NCBI GenBank assembly: GCA_023399295.1
Contig: JAEWQF010000032.1
Span: 2,209 to 66,208, forward strand
From: Bacteroidota bacterium
Lineage (GTDB): Bacteria; Bacteroidota; Bacteroidia; Bacteroidales; Dysgonomonadaceae
Length of the DNA stretch: 64,000 nt
Direction: 5' to 3'
Of this stretch, positions 28,801-38,203 are shown piece after piece. The notes beneath the pieces were generated by a model. That model was not told where the DNA came from, did not search any database, and saw nothing but the letters and a program-made list of their open reading frames with translations. The position numbers and the translations under genes are program-made. Positions within the stretch are counted from its first letter, which is position 1. Each line of letters begins with the position of its first letter.

Positions 28801-28848
28801 GATGGTCATCAGGAATGCGTTCCTACTTTTTTTGAATTTTAGATACAT
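25828..28848 (-). CDS. susC: SusC/RagA TonB-dependent transporter
   Basis: N-terminal GEPLIGVNI...TDYDG domain; [50 protein letters not shown]; C-terminal Phe. Confidence 0.96.
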   Translation of the reverse strand: [1006 protein letters not shown]

Positions 28849-28962
28849 GTTGTTAACGTTATAAGATTAACTGATTAATACTCTCATTGTTCTCTTCATA
28901 AATCACAAAACGGACAGATGAAGGGTTAATCGATCATCCGTACATCACCTGCTCTTTCTCTA

Positions 28963-28970
28963 CAAAGTTA
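28963..28970 (-). promoter_or_regulatory. -7 promoter element (TAACTTTG) of the susC operon
   Basis: TAnnTTTG on the minus strand, 115 nt upstream of the susC ATG. Confidence 0.6.
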
Positions 28971-29024
28971 TCAGTAATGAGCTGTTACGGTACCGGAAAC
29001 GATGCAATTAACCTGGATTGACTG

Positions 29025-29038
29025 TGCAATCGTTTGCA
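29025..29038. promoter_or_regulatory. Putative LacI operator upstream of susC
   Basis: TGCAATCGTTTGCA, a LacI-type palindrome matching the site at 12300. Confidence 0.72.
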
Positions 29039-29182
29039 TTTTAGAGGCATAAAAAAAATATTATCAATTAGTTACCAGTCTGCGGGAGAATGGTAAATAA
29101 TTGATAATATTTTCTTATAGTGTGTTAATGGGAGCGTGCGGAGAGGGCTGGCAGCTATCTTTTTGTCATGCTGCCCGGCTGA

Positions 29183-30214
29183 CTATGCTTCACTGTTACT
29201 GCTTTTTTTCGGGCCCGCAGTGGTTCTTTTTGTTGTTTTGGATGTGATCATTCGCCTGAGACGCATCAGGAAGCGTTTGCTGGGCTTGCTTTTCATGTAG
29301 GTGTCCATGTGGCGTGCCCTCTTCTCCTCCAGTATCTGATCAATCCGGATCAGGATGCCCGATTCCTCCACCTCGCCGAACTCGTCGTTGATGGCGGTGC
29401 CGAAGAAACGCATGGTGGGTGAGAGCCCCATGTAGGCATTGATCAGCGGGGGAATGTTGTATCCCAGCAACCTCACCTCCTTGTTAAGGATTTTGTAATC
29501 CTCCTTGAAGCTCTTGCCGTGAAACAATGTCCGCATCTTTGCCACATCGGTTCCGGTGACCAGCGGATCAATCGGTGTCACCAGCTGGAGCGAGTCGGGG
29601 AAATGCTTGTTGAGGAAATAGAGGATCATGTTGCGGGCCTCTTTGTTGTAGGTGCCGTACATGGTTACTTTGCCAAAGAAATACTCAATCTCCGGGTCGA
29701 TCACGGTCAGTGCTCCCAGTCCGTCCCAGAGGTTGTCCAGCGCGAAGATACCCTTCCTGCCAAGCAGTGTGGACTGGTATTCGAGTGATACAAAGGAGCG
29801 ACCCAGTTCCACCGTGGTGGGCAGGAACTCGTCGATGAATTGTTGAGAGAAACTATAGAGGTGGGCCGTGGCCAGCATGGGCTTGCCCTCCTCGTCGAAC
29901 TCCACGTCTGAGCCGTAGATGAAGCGATAGCCACCCAGTATCTCCTCGTTTTCGGGATCCCAGACAATCAGCTGGCGGTAAGGAACGGGCATGGTGTCAT
30001 ATTTGTCGATGTCGGCCTCCAGTCCGGTGCCCCCGCCATAGTGCCGGAAGGCAATCTCACGCAGGCGCCCCACCTCCCGCATCAGGTTGGGTGAGTCGTG
30101 TGCGGTGAAGACATATATTTCGTTGTTCGCCTTGTGGGTCGTCCTAACCCGTTTTTGGACGGTCAGTTCGCTTTTGATCAGTTCTTTGTTTACCGGATCA
30201 ATAATCTTTTCCAT
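29183..30214 (-). CDS. glsB: GNAT/OlsB-like N-acyltransferase (glycine-lipid synthase GlsB-like; 'hemolysin' family)
   Basis: EVGRLREIAFR..GGGTG...DIDKYD, ILGGYR, ELGRSFV..EYQ, LDNLWDGL, IPPLINAY; paired with a PlsC-type gene next to mraZ. Start set at ATG 30214. Confidence 0.75.
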   Translation of the reverse strand: MEKIIDPVNKELIKSELTVQKRVRTTHKANNEIYVFTAHDSPNLMREVGRLREIAFRHYGGGTGLEADIDKYDTMPVPYRQLIVWDPENEEILGGYRFIYGSDVEFDEEGKPMLATAHLYSFSQQFIDEFLPTTVELGRSFVSLEYQSTLLGRKGIFALDNLWDGLGALTVIDPEIEYFFGKVTMYGTYNKEARNMILYFLNKHFPDSLQLVTPIDPLVTGTDVAKMRTLFHGKSFKEDYKILNKEVRLLGYNIPPLINAYMGLSPTMRFFGTAINDEFGEVEESGILIRIDQILEEKRARHMDTYMKSKPSKRFLMRLRRMITSKTTKRTTAGPKKSSNSEA

Positions 30215-30228
30215 AGTGGATTTCTTGT

Positions 30229-31065
30229 TTATGAATGGTCTCTCCCAAGATAATAGACCACCTCCTTGACTGTCTGAGCCCACTCGCTGGTCGTCTTGCT
30301 CTTGTCGAAAGTCTGCCAGGGTATCGGCTTGCCAAAGGTGATGGTGAATGTTTGGTTGCTGTTCTTGTACATCTCATCCGGGAGGTAGATCAGCTCGAAA
30401 TTGAACCTGATGCCTGAAGCCTTGCGCAGGTTGGCCAGGTTGTAGAAGAAACGGGAATTCCTGCCTTCAAAGTGAACCGGGATCACATCCCGCTGAAATT
30501 CTACCGCCTTGATGATGAAGCTCTTCATCCACTCCAGATCCCTGATTTCACCGCCTGTCTTGCGGGAACAGAGTCCCGCGGGAAAGGTGATCACCTGGTT
30601 GTCGGAAGCGTATGCGTCGTTGATTGCTTTCGCCGATGATTTGGCCTGAGCCCCGTATTTGTTGATTGGGACGAAGATCGGTTTCAACGGATCAATGTAA
30701 TAAAGGATGTCATTGACAAGATACTTGATCCTGCCGTTGAATCTCTCACCCAGAACCGAAGAGAGGCAGATCCCGTCGAGACCCCCCAACGGGTGGTTGG
30801 AGGCGAATACAAACCGTCCTTCTGCGGGGATCTGCTCCTCTCCCACCAGTTTCAATGTCAGATTGAACTCCTTCTCCACCAGTGCGTGCATAAACGGAAC
30901 TCCCTCCAGATGCTTGTTCCGCTCAAGGATGCCGTTGATATCCTCCTGGTGGACAACGCGTTTGAGATAGTTGATTAAAAAACGGGGGATTTTCTTGTAA
31001 TGCCTGGGTGCTTTGCCACGCAAAACCTTATCAAGATCAATCCTGAATGCACTGTTTTGGTTCAT
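30229..31065 (-). CDS. glsA: PlsC-like O-acyltransferase (GlsA-like)
   Basis: HxxxxD motif NHPLGGLDG and FPAGLCSR; TACATTTG promoter element at 31095-31102 (minus strand). Confidence 0.75.
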   Translation of the reverse strand: MNQNSAFRIDLDKVLRGKAPRHYKKIPRFLINYLKRVVHQEDINGILERNKHLEGVPFMHALVEKEFNLTLKLVGEEQIPAEGRFVFASNHPLGGLDGICLSSVLGERFNGRIKYLVNDILYYIDPLKPIFVPINKYGAQAKSSAKAINDAYASDNQVITFPAGLCSRKTGGEIRDLEWMKSFIIKAVEFQRDVIPVHFEGRNSRFFYNLANLRKASGIRFNFELIYLPDEMYKNSNQTFTITFGKPIPWQTFDKSKTTSEWAQTVKEVVYYLGRDHS

Positions 31066-31257
31066 TGCATTTTACTCTACTTGCTAATTTGTCGCAAATG
31101 TACAAAAATCTGTGAAAGCATTGAAGTGTCTGCCAATAAAAACTTTTCATCTCATTTTGTGACCCCATTCTGTGTCGATAAGAGATTTGTTCAAATATCA
31201 GAATATCAGTGTTGTATGCGGTATGGTGTGGTTGTTGATAACTTTTTTGCAAATTAA

Positions 31258-31283
31258 TGGGGGGAAATGTGGGGGAAAGTGGA
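31258..31283 (+). promoter_or_regulatory. MraZ-binding direct repeats
   Basis: GGGG/GTGG/GTGG at 31259, 31269 and 31279 (10-bp period) directly upstream of mraZ, like the known MraZ (G)TGG(G) repeats. Confidence 0.75.
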
Positions 31284-31338
31284 TAATTTTGTACTTTTAC
31301 AGCAATTCTAACTCTATCAGGTTGAAATTGACGTAGTA

Positions 31339-31782
31339 GTGATTCAATTTTTAGGAAATATCGAAGCCAGAGCTGATACAAAGGGAAGGATCTTTGTGCC
31401 GGCAATCTTTCGCAAGCGTTTGCAGAGCGATGGGGAGGAATTTCTGGTGCTCCGTAAGGATATTTTCCAGGATTGTCTGGTGTTGTATCCGGGCAGTGTG
31501 TGGGAGAAAGAGGTGGAGTTGTTGCGTAGCAGACTCAACAAATGGAATCGCGAGCAGCAGCAGCTCTTTCGCCAGTTTGTGCTGGATGCGGAAAGAGTTG
31601 AGTTGGATGCCAATGGACGTGTGCTGATACCGAAGCGTTACCTGCGTATGGTTTCCATCGAATCCGACGTCCGTTTTCTGGGAGTGGACGAGACCATTGA
31701 GCTGTGGGCGAAAGAGAAGCTTGAGAAGCCGCTACTGGAAGCAGATGAGTTTGCATCCAGGTTGCAGCAGTTGATGGAGTAG
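31339..31782 (+). CDS. mraZ: Transcriptional regulator MraZ
   Basis: DTKGRIFVPA and ELDANGRVLIP SpoVT-AbrB repeats; GTG start; first dcw gene. Confidence 0.95.
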   Translation: MIQFLGNIEARADTKGRIFVPAIFRKRLQSDGEEFLVLRKDIFQDCLVLYPGSVWEKEVELLRSRLNKWNREQQQLFRQFVLDAERVELDANGRVLIPKRYLRMVSIESDVRFLGVDETIELWAKEKLEKPLLEADEFASRLQQLME

Positions 31783-31871
31783 GAGCACCGGCGGGGTGTC
31801 GTGTAGATAGCAGGATGGAGCCACATCCTGCAGTGTAAGAAGTTTATTGAATGGTTCACATCATGGAGGGG

Positions 31872-32792
31872 ATGTCAAACAAATCGGAGGTGGAAGCATA
31901 TCATGTGCCAGCACTGCTCACTGAGAGCGTGGATGGTTTGGAGGTGGCTCCCTCGGGAGTATACCTTGATGTGACTTTTGGTGGTGGAGGCCACTCCCGT
32001 GAGATACTCAACCGGCTGGGACCCGATGGGCGGTTGATAGCCTTCGACCAGGATGAGGATGCTGCCCGCAACGCACTGGCCGATCCACGGTTCATGTTGA
32101 TCAGAAGTAATTTTCGTTATCTGAAGAATTTCCTGCGCTACCATCACATTGAAGCGATCGATGGTGTGTTGGCCGACCTGGGTGTCTCATCACACCATTT
32201 TGATGATTCTGAACGTGGTTTTTCTTTTCGCTTTGACGGTGATCTCGATATGCGCATGAACCGCAGAGCGGGAAAGAGTGCCGCCGATATCCTGAATGAT
32301 TATACTGCCGACCAGCTTGCCGATCTCTTCTACCACTACGGAGAGCTGAGAAACGCACGGGCCATTGCTGCTGCAATTGTTTCAACCAGGAGTGCCAAAG
32401 CCATATCAACCACCGGGCAACTGCTCACCATCCTGCAACCCTTCACCGGCAGAGACAGGGAGAAGAAGGTGCTGGCTCAAGCTTTCCAGGCGTTGCGCAT
32501 TGAGGTGAATGGAGAAATGGGTGCACTCAGGGAGATGCTGCTTCGATCGCTTGAGATGTTGAAGCCAGGAGGACGCATCAGCATCATCTCCTATCACTCG
32601 CTTGAGGACCGCATGGTGAAAAATTTCTTCCGCAGCGGAAATTTTGACGGGACACTGGTGAAAGATTTTTACGGCAATGTGGCGACTCCCTTCGAGTTGG
32701 TGCACCGCAAGGTGATTGTCCCCTCGGAAGAGGAACAGCGGAACAACCCCCGCTCCAGAAGCGCCAAGCTTCGGATCGCCAGGAAGCGATAA
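31872..32792 (+). CDS. rsmH: 16S rRNA m4C1402 methyltransferase RsmH
   Basis: YHVP, DVTFGGGGHS, DLGVSS, LDMRM, FQALRIEVN, SYHSLEDR, NPRSRSAKLR. Start is uncertain (31851, 31863 or 31872). Confidence 0.95.
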   Translation: MSNKSEVEAYHVPALLTESVDGLEVAPSGVYLDVTFGGGGHSREILNRLGPDGRLIAFDQDEDAARNALADPRFMLIRSNFRYLKNFLRYHHIEAIDGVLADLGVSSHHFDDSERGFSFRFDGDLDMRMNRRAGKSAADILNDYTADQLADLFYHYGELRNARAIAAAIVSTRSAKAISTTGQLLTILQPFTGRDREKKVLAQAFQALRIEVNGEMGALREMLLRSLEMLKPGGRISIISYHSLEDRMVKNFFRSGNFDGTLVKDFYGNVATPFELVHRKVIVPSEEEQRNNPRSRSAKLRIARKR

Positions 32793-32837
32793 GCAAAGAG
32801 GTAATTGATTAATAGCAGGTTGAAAGATATTTTGAAT

Positions 32838-32865
32838 AGCTGAAAGCTAAAAGCTGATTGCTAAA
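32838..32865 (+). repeat. Heptamer tandem repeat (4 units) before ftsL
   Basis: AGCTGAA AGCTAAA AGCTGAT TGCTAAA. Confidence 0.65.
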
Positions 32866-32867
32866 AA

Positions 32868-33200
32868 ATGAAAGTGAAGTTCGATAACATACGCAGATCG
32901 TTTGTCCATGTTTTTGGAGGAAGTGTTCTCACTGAGAATTTCTTCCTCCGAAACATGCGGTTTATACTTGTTGTCGTGCTGATCATGTTCCTTTTTATCA
33001 GCCATCGCTACACTGTCTTGCAGAAGATGTCGGAGATCGAACGTCTCGAACGGGTGCTGAAAGATGCCCGTTATGAGTCGCTCACCATCTCTTCAGCGCT
33101 CACTGAGGCAAGCCGTCAGGGTGAGATAGAGCGTCGTGTGGCAGAGGCTGGATTGGAGTTGAAGGTGTCCAATGAACCGATGTATCATGTCGGTAAATAG
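32868..33200 (+). CDS. ftsL: FtsL-like cell division protein
   Basis: Single TM followed by a coiled coil; located between rsmH and ftsI. Confidence 0.85.
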   Translation: MKVKFDNIRRSFVHVFGGSVLTENFFLRNMRFILVVVLIMFLFISHRYTVLQKMSEIERLERVLKDARYESLTISSALTEASRQGEIERRVAEAGLELKVSNEPMYHVGK

Positions 33201-33209
33201 TCGTTGTGC

Positions 33210-35417
33210 ATGAACGGGAAGAAAGAGGAACGCAAAAAAGCGAAGAAGGTGGTGCTGGCACGTTACGGCGGTATTGTCTTCCTGTTGATGCTGTTCGCCA
33301 CGGCGATTGTCATCAAGGCTGGAAAGCTCTCGTTCAGTTCCGAAGGGAAGAAATGGCGCGAAGTAGGTGAGAGGGAGACGGTTATACGGGACAGGGTGAT
33401 CCTCCCGGAGAGAGGCAGCATCTATACCCACGACGGCAGGTTGCTGGCAACAACAGAGCCGCTTTATAGCATCTACATGGATTTCTGGGCCGACGGCATG
33501 GAGAAAGACACACTGAATAAGTATGTGGGCGAGCTCTCACTGGCACTGGCAAATAAGTTTCCCGACCGCACTGCAGCACACTACAAGCATCTGATCCTGA
33601 ACGGCTGGAAGATGCGTGAAGAGGAACAGCGACAGATCAGAGAATACCAGGAACGGAGCATTGACAAACGGGTTCCCATACGATCGCGTTATGTGAAGAT
33701 ACTGCACCGCGACATTTCCTATGTGGATCTCAAGGAGGTGCGTACCTATCCTTTCTGGAACCAGCGTTCCAATCGTAGCGGGCTGATCGCCGAGGAACGC
33801 AATGCACGCAAGAAACCATTTGGCAACCTGGCCACGCGGACGGTTGGCAATGTGTTCAAGGATCTCGAAAAAGGAGGAGCCAGCGGTCTCGAACTCAAGT
33901 ATGATTCGCTGCTGCGAGGGGTACCCGGTGTGAAGTTCCGGCAGAAGATACAGGGCAAGTGGATGGATGTGGTCGAAAAACCGGCGGAAACAGGCCTCGA
34001 TATTGTCACCACCCTCGATGCCGAGATACAGGATATCACCGAACGCGCGCTCAGGGGTAAGTTGATGGAGACTGAGGCCGAATCGGGCACCGCCATCATC
34101 ATGGAGGTGAAAACAGGTGAAATAAAAGGGATTGCCAACCTGGACCGGATGAGCAGTGGCGAATACATCGAAGGAAATCCAAACGCCTTCTCCTACATGA
34201 ATGAGCCTGGATCAACCTTTAAGACAGTGACCGCCATGGTGGCGCTCGACGACGGTGTGGTAACTCCCACCGACTCCTTTCATGTGGGCAACGGTTTGTT
34301 CCAGTACAACCGTCGCTGGGTACGGGACCACTACTGGCGGCGAGGTCAGGATCGGGGCTACCTGACCGTTGCGGAAGGAATCGCCATCTCCTCGAACGTG
34401 GTGATGAGTAAGATCGCACTGAAAGGGTATGAGGACAATCCGAAGAAGTTCGTGCAGGGTATTGACCGGATTGGTTTGCGCAAGCAATTGCAGTGGGATG
34501 TGCCGTTGAGCGGCATTGAGGGTACCTCCTCCATTCGTTTTCCCGATGACAAGCAGAATTACTGGAGCAAGACCACGCTCCCCTGGATGTCGTTCGGCTA
34601 CGAGACACAGGTGCCACCCATCTACATGCTGATGTTCTATAACGCCATCGCCAACGGAGGCCGGATGATCAAGCCTTTTATCGCGAAAGAGTTTGTGAAG
34701 GATGGCAAAGTGATAGAACGTATGGAAGCGGAGGTTGTCAATCCGAAGATATGCAAGGAGACGACACTGCTTCAGATACACGAAATGTTGGTGGGCGTGA
34801 TTGAAGAGGGGACAGCCAGCGTGGTTGCCTCCGACTATTTCTCTGTTGCAGGCAAGACCGGTACGGCTCAGATTGCTTCCGGAGGTAGTTACGGTGGCTA
34901 TTACGTCTCCTTCGCCGGTTATTTTCCGGCCGATGACCCGATGTATACCATCTTCGTGGGAATACGCAAACCTAAGGGAGTACCATCCGGTGGCGGGATG
35001 GCCGGCATGGTCTTCAAACAGATTGCGGAACAGACATACATCCGCAAGGTACAGCTCACAGTAGCCGATTGCCCTGTGGACTCATTGCTTCACAAGGAGC
35101 CACCACTCAAGAATGGCAACTGGGACCGGAACAGAAAGATGCTGACCCTCCTTGGTCTGCCTGCCGCAGAAACGGAAGAACCCGCAGAGTGGGTGAAGGT
35201 GAGGAAAGATAGTGTCGCTTACGTAGCACAACCCCTGTCACTGAATGGATCACTGGTGCCTGATGTGAAGGGTATGGGTGCACGGGATGCGTTGTACCTG
35301 CTCGAAGAGGCAGGGCTCAGGGTACAGTTGATCGGTGCCGGCAGCGTGGTGTCGCAATCGATATCACCCGGCAGCAGACTGGTAAGAGGATTGACAATCG
35401 CCATCACATTAAAATAA
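33210..35417 (+). CDS. ftsI: Penicillin-binding protein FtsI/PBP3 with PASTA domain
   Basis: ERGSIY, EPGSTFK (SxxK), SSN, GKTGTAQ; C-terminal VPDVKGM PASTA domain. Confidence 0.93.
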   Translation: MNGKKEERKKAKKVVLARYGGIVFLLMLFATAIVIKAGKLSFSSEGKKWREVGERETVIRDRVILPERGSIYTHDGRLLATTEPLYSIYMDFWADGMEKDTLNKYVGELSLALANKFPDRTAAHYKHLILNGWKMREEEQRQIREYQERSIDKRVPIRSRYVKILHRDISYVDLKEVRTYPFWNQRSNRSGLIAEERNARKKPFGNLATRTVGNVFKDLEKGGASGLELKYDSLLRGVPGVKFRQKIQGKWMDVVEKPAETGLDIVTTLDAEIQDITERALRGKLMETEAESGTAIIMEVKTGEIKGIANLDRMSSGEYIEGNPNAFSYMNEPGSTFKTVTAMVALDDGVVTPTDSFHVGNGLFQYNRRWVRDHYWRRGQDRGYLTVAEGIAISSNVVMSKIALKGYEDNPKKFVQGIDRIGLRKQLQWDVPLSGIEGTSSIRFPDDKQNYWSKTTLPWMSFGYETQVPPIYMLMFYNAIANGGRMIKPFIAKEFVKDGKVIERMEAEVVNPKICKETTLLQIHEMLVGVIEEGTASVVASDYFSVAGKTGTAQIASGGSYGGYYVSFAGYFPADDPMYTIFVGIRKPKGVPSGGGMAGMVFKQIAEQTYIRKVQLTVADCPVDSLLHKEPPLKNGNWDRNRKMLTLLGLPAAETEEPAEWVKVRKDSVAYVAQPLSLNGSLVPDVKGMGARDALYLLEEAGLRVQLIGAGSVVSQSISPGSRLVRGLTIAITLK

Positions 35418-35426
35418 ACAGAAGAT

Positions 35427-36893
35427 ATGAAACTCTCCACACTGATTGAATCATGCAAGGTTGTTACCCTTCGCGGAAACGAAGCGGCAGAGATCACCAC
35501 TGTCACTTCCGACTCACGACAAGTGGAGCCGGGAGCACTCTTCATTGCTGTTGAGGGAATCTGTACCGACGGTCATGCCTATATTGGCAAGGCCATCGAG
35601 CAGGGTGCCATCGTGGTGGTGTACGACAAGCCGATGATCGAGGAATATTTCTCAAGGGTGACCTACGTGCAGGTGGAGCAAAGCGCCGTTGCATTGGCAC
35701 ACATTGCTGCTGCCTGGTATGGTCATCCCTCACGGCAGCTCAAACTGGTGGGGGTGACAGGCACCAACGGAAAGACCACCATCGCCACGCTCCTCTGGCA
35801 GCTCTTCCGGAACAGAGGATATGCTGCGGGACTCATCTCAACCGTAGCCAACTACGTAGACGGGGAGAAATATCCCACCACCCATACCACACCCGACCCC
35901 CTTACCCTGAACCTCTATTTCCGACGGATGGTGGATGCGGGATGCGCATATGCTTTCATGGAGGTGAGTTCGCACGCCATCCATCAGAAACGGATCGACG
36001 CCCTGCACTTTGCAGGTGGGATTTTTACAAATCTCACACAGGATCACCTCGACTACCACAAGAACATGCTGGAGTATCGCAATGTGAAGAAGCTCTTCTT
36101 CGACAACCTCCCCGAAGATGCCTTCTCCCTGACAAACCAGGACGACCGGAATGGCACAGTGATGCTGCAAAATACACACGCCACCAAAAAGAGCTATTCG
36201 TTGAAAGGGATGGCTGACTTCAAGGCACGTATCTTTGAGAAACATTTCGACGGCACCACCATCGAAATCAACGGCAGAGAGCTGGTGGTGCAGTTTGTGG
36301 GTGTGTTCAATGTCTATAACCTGCTGGCGGTCTATGGCGCCGCACAATTGTTGGGCCTCAGCGAGGAGGAGATATTGCGTGAGCTCACCCTCCTGCAACC
36401 TGTTGCAGGCCGCTTCCAAACGCTCCGTTCACAAAAGGGGTTCACCGCCATTGTCGACTATGCCCATACCCCCGATGCGTTGATCAATGTGCTGAATGCC
36501 ATCCATGAGGTGCTCGGAGGCAAGGGGCAGATCATCACGGTGGTAGGGTGCGGCGGCAACCGCGACCGTACCAAGCGCCCCATCATGGCACGCGAGGCTG
36601 TGGAACGGAGCAACAGGGTTTTGCTCACCTCCGACAACCCCCGCTTCGAGGAGCCGGCAGAGATACTGCGTGATATGATTGAAGGGCTCACAGATACACA
36701 AAGAGAGACGGTGCTCACCATTGTGGAGCGGCGTGAAGCCATCAGAACAGCCTGTGCACTGGCACAGCAAGGGGATGTGGTGCTTATCGCCGGCAAGGGG
36801 CATGAGGACTACCAGGAGATAAAGGGTGTGAAATATCACTTCGATGACCGGGAGGAGGTGGAGAAGATTTTCTCAACACACCGCAATCCGTAA
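35427..36893 (+). CDS. murE: UDP-MurNAc-tripeptide synthetase MurE
   Basis: [38 protein letters not shown] (DAP-type), AGKGHE. Confidence 0.96.
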   Translation: MKLSTLIESCKVVTLRGNEAAEITTVTSDSRQVEPGALFIAVEGICTDGHAYIGKAIEQGAIVVVYDKPMIEEYFSRVTYVQVEQSAVALAHIAAAWYGHPSRQLKLVGVTGTNGKTTIATLLWQLFRNRGYAAGLISTVANYVDGEKYPTTHTTPDPLTLNLYFRRMVDAGCAYAFMEVSSHAIHQKRIDALHFAGGIFTNLTQDHLDYHKNMLEYRNVKKLFFDNLPEDAFSLTNQDDRNGTVMLQNTHATKKSYSLKGMADFKARIFEKHFDGTTIEINGRELVVQFVGVFNVYNLLAVYGAAQLLGLSEEEILRELTLLQPVAGRFQTLRSQKGFTAIVDYAHTPDALINVLNAIHEVLGGKGQIITVVGCGGNRDRTKRPIMAREAVERSNRVLLTSDNPRFEEPAEILRDMIEGLTDTQRETVLTIVERREAIRTACALAQQGDVVLIAGKGHEDYQEIKGVKYHFDDREEVEKIFSTHRNP

Positions 36894-36912
36894 CCAGCTT
36901 AATCTTTTTTTT

Positions 36913-38172
36913 ATGCTCTACTATCTTTTCGACTATCTCGACACACTGAACTTCCCCGGAGCAGGGATGTTCCAATATGTGATGTTCCGTTCAGCCATGG
37001 CTGTCATCTTTTCATTGCTCATCGGGATCTTCGTGGGCAAAAAAATCATCGACAAGCTGCAACAGCGACAGGTCGGTGAGACCATCCGCAACCTCGATCT
37101 GGAGGGCCAATACAGCAAAAGGGGTACACCCACAATGGGTGGTGTGATCATCATCCTCTCCATCCTGGTCTCTACCCTGCTCTTCGGCAAGCTGGAGAAC
37201 ATCTATATCATCCTGATGCTTGTGAGCACCGTCTGGCTGGGTCTGCTGGGCTTCGCCGACGACTACATCAAAGTGTTCAAGAAGGACAAGGAGGGGTTGA
37301 AGGGCAAGTTCAAGGTGGTGGCACAGATCGGTCTGGGCCTGATCGTGGGGCTCACTCTCTACTTCAGCCCCGACGCGGTGGTGCGCGAGAACATGGAGGT
37401 GCGGGTGAACAACGTCATTGAAGAGGTGACTTACCAGACCGGAGACGTGAAAACCACTAGCACCACCATCCCCTTTATGAAGAACAACAATTTCGACTAC
37501 CGCTGGCTGGTGGGTTGGATGGGCGATTATGCCGACCTGGCAGTGTGGGTGGTCTTCATCCTGATGGTGATCCTGATTGTCACCGCCGTCTCAAACAGTG
37601 CCAACCTGACCGACGGCCTCGACGGCCTCACCTCCGGCTCTTCGGCCATCATCGGTGTGGCACTGGGTATCCTGGCCTATGTCTCGGGTCGTGTCGACTT
37701 TGCCTCCTATCTCAACATCATGCACATCCCCGGAAGTGACGAGTTGATGGTATTTGCTTCCGCATTCGTGGGAGCATGTGTTGGGTTTCTATGGTACAAT
37801 GCCTACCCGGCACAGGTGTTCATGGGCGATACCGGGAGCCTCACCCTGGGTGGCATCATCGGCGTGTTTGCGGTGTTGATTCACAAAGAGCTGTTGTTGC
37901 CCATCCTATGTGGTGTCTTTTTTGTGGAGGCGCTTTCAGTGATTGCACAGGTCACCTACTTCAAATATACCAAAAAGAAAATTGGTGTCGGGCGACGCAT
38001 CTTCAAGATGACACCCCTACACCACCATTATCAGAAACCGGGTGACGGCAGCATCGATGCCTACTTTCAGAGACCCTTTGCTCCATTGGCTGAACCCAAG
38101 ATCGTGAGCCGTTTCTGGTTGGTGGGAATGATCCTGGCAGTGTTGGCGCTGGCCACACTGAAGATGAGATAA
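36913..38172 (+). CDS. mraY: Phospho-MurNAc-pentapeptide transferase MraY
   Basis: [35 protein letters not shown]. Confidence 0.96.
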   Translation: MLYYLFDYLDTLNFPGAGMFQYVMFRSAMAVIFSLLIGIFVGKKIIDKLQQRQVGETIRNLDLEGQYSKRGTPTMGGVIIILSILVSTLLFGKLENIYIILMLVSTVWLGLLGFADDYIKVFKKDKEGLKGKFKVVAQIGLGLIVGLTLYFSPDAVVRENMEVRVNNVIEEVTYQTGDVKTTSTTIPFMKNNNFDYRWLVGWMGDYADLAVWVVFILMVILIVTAVSNSANLTDGLDGLTSGSSAIIGVALGILAYVSGRVDFASYLNIMHIPGSDELMVFASAFVGACVGFLWYNAYPAQVFMGDTGSLTLGGIIGVFAVLIHKELLLPILCGVFFVEALSVIAQVTYFKYTKKKIGVGRRIFKMTPLHHHYQKPGDGSIDAYFQRPFAPLAEPKIVSRFWLVGMILAVLALATLKMR

Positions 38173-38203
38173 GGAGAAGCGTATAACAGACAAAGAGCAA
38201 TAG

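Noticed and set aside
31810..31831. 8-bp hairpin GCAGGATG/CATCCTGC between mraZ and rsmH
   Set aside because: It is short, has no U-tract and is single-copy; there is too little evidence to assign a function.
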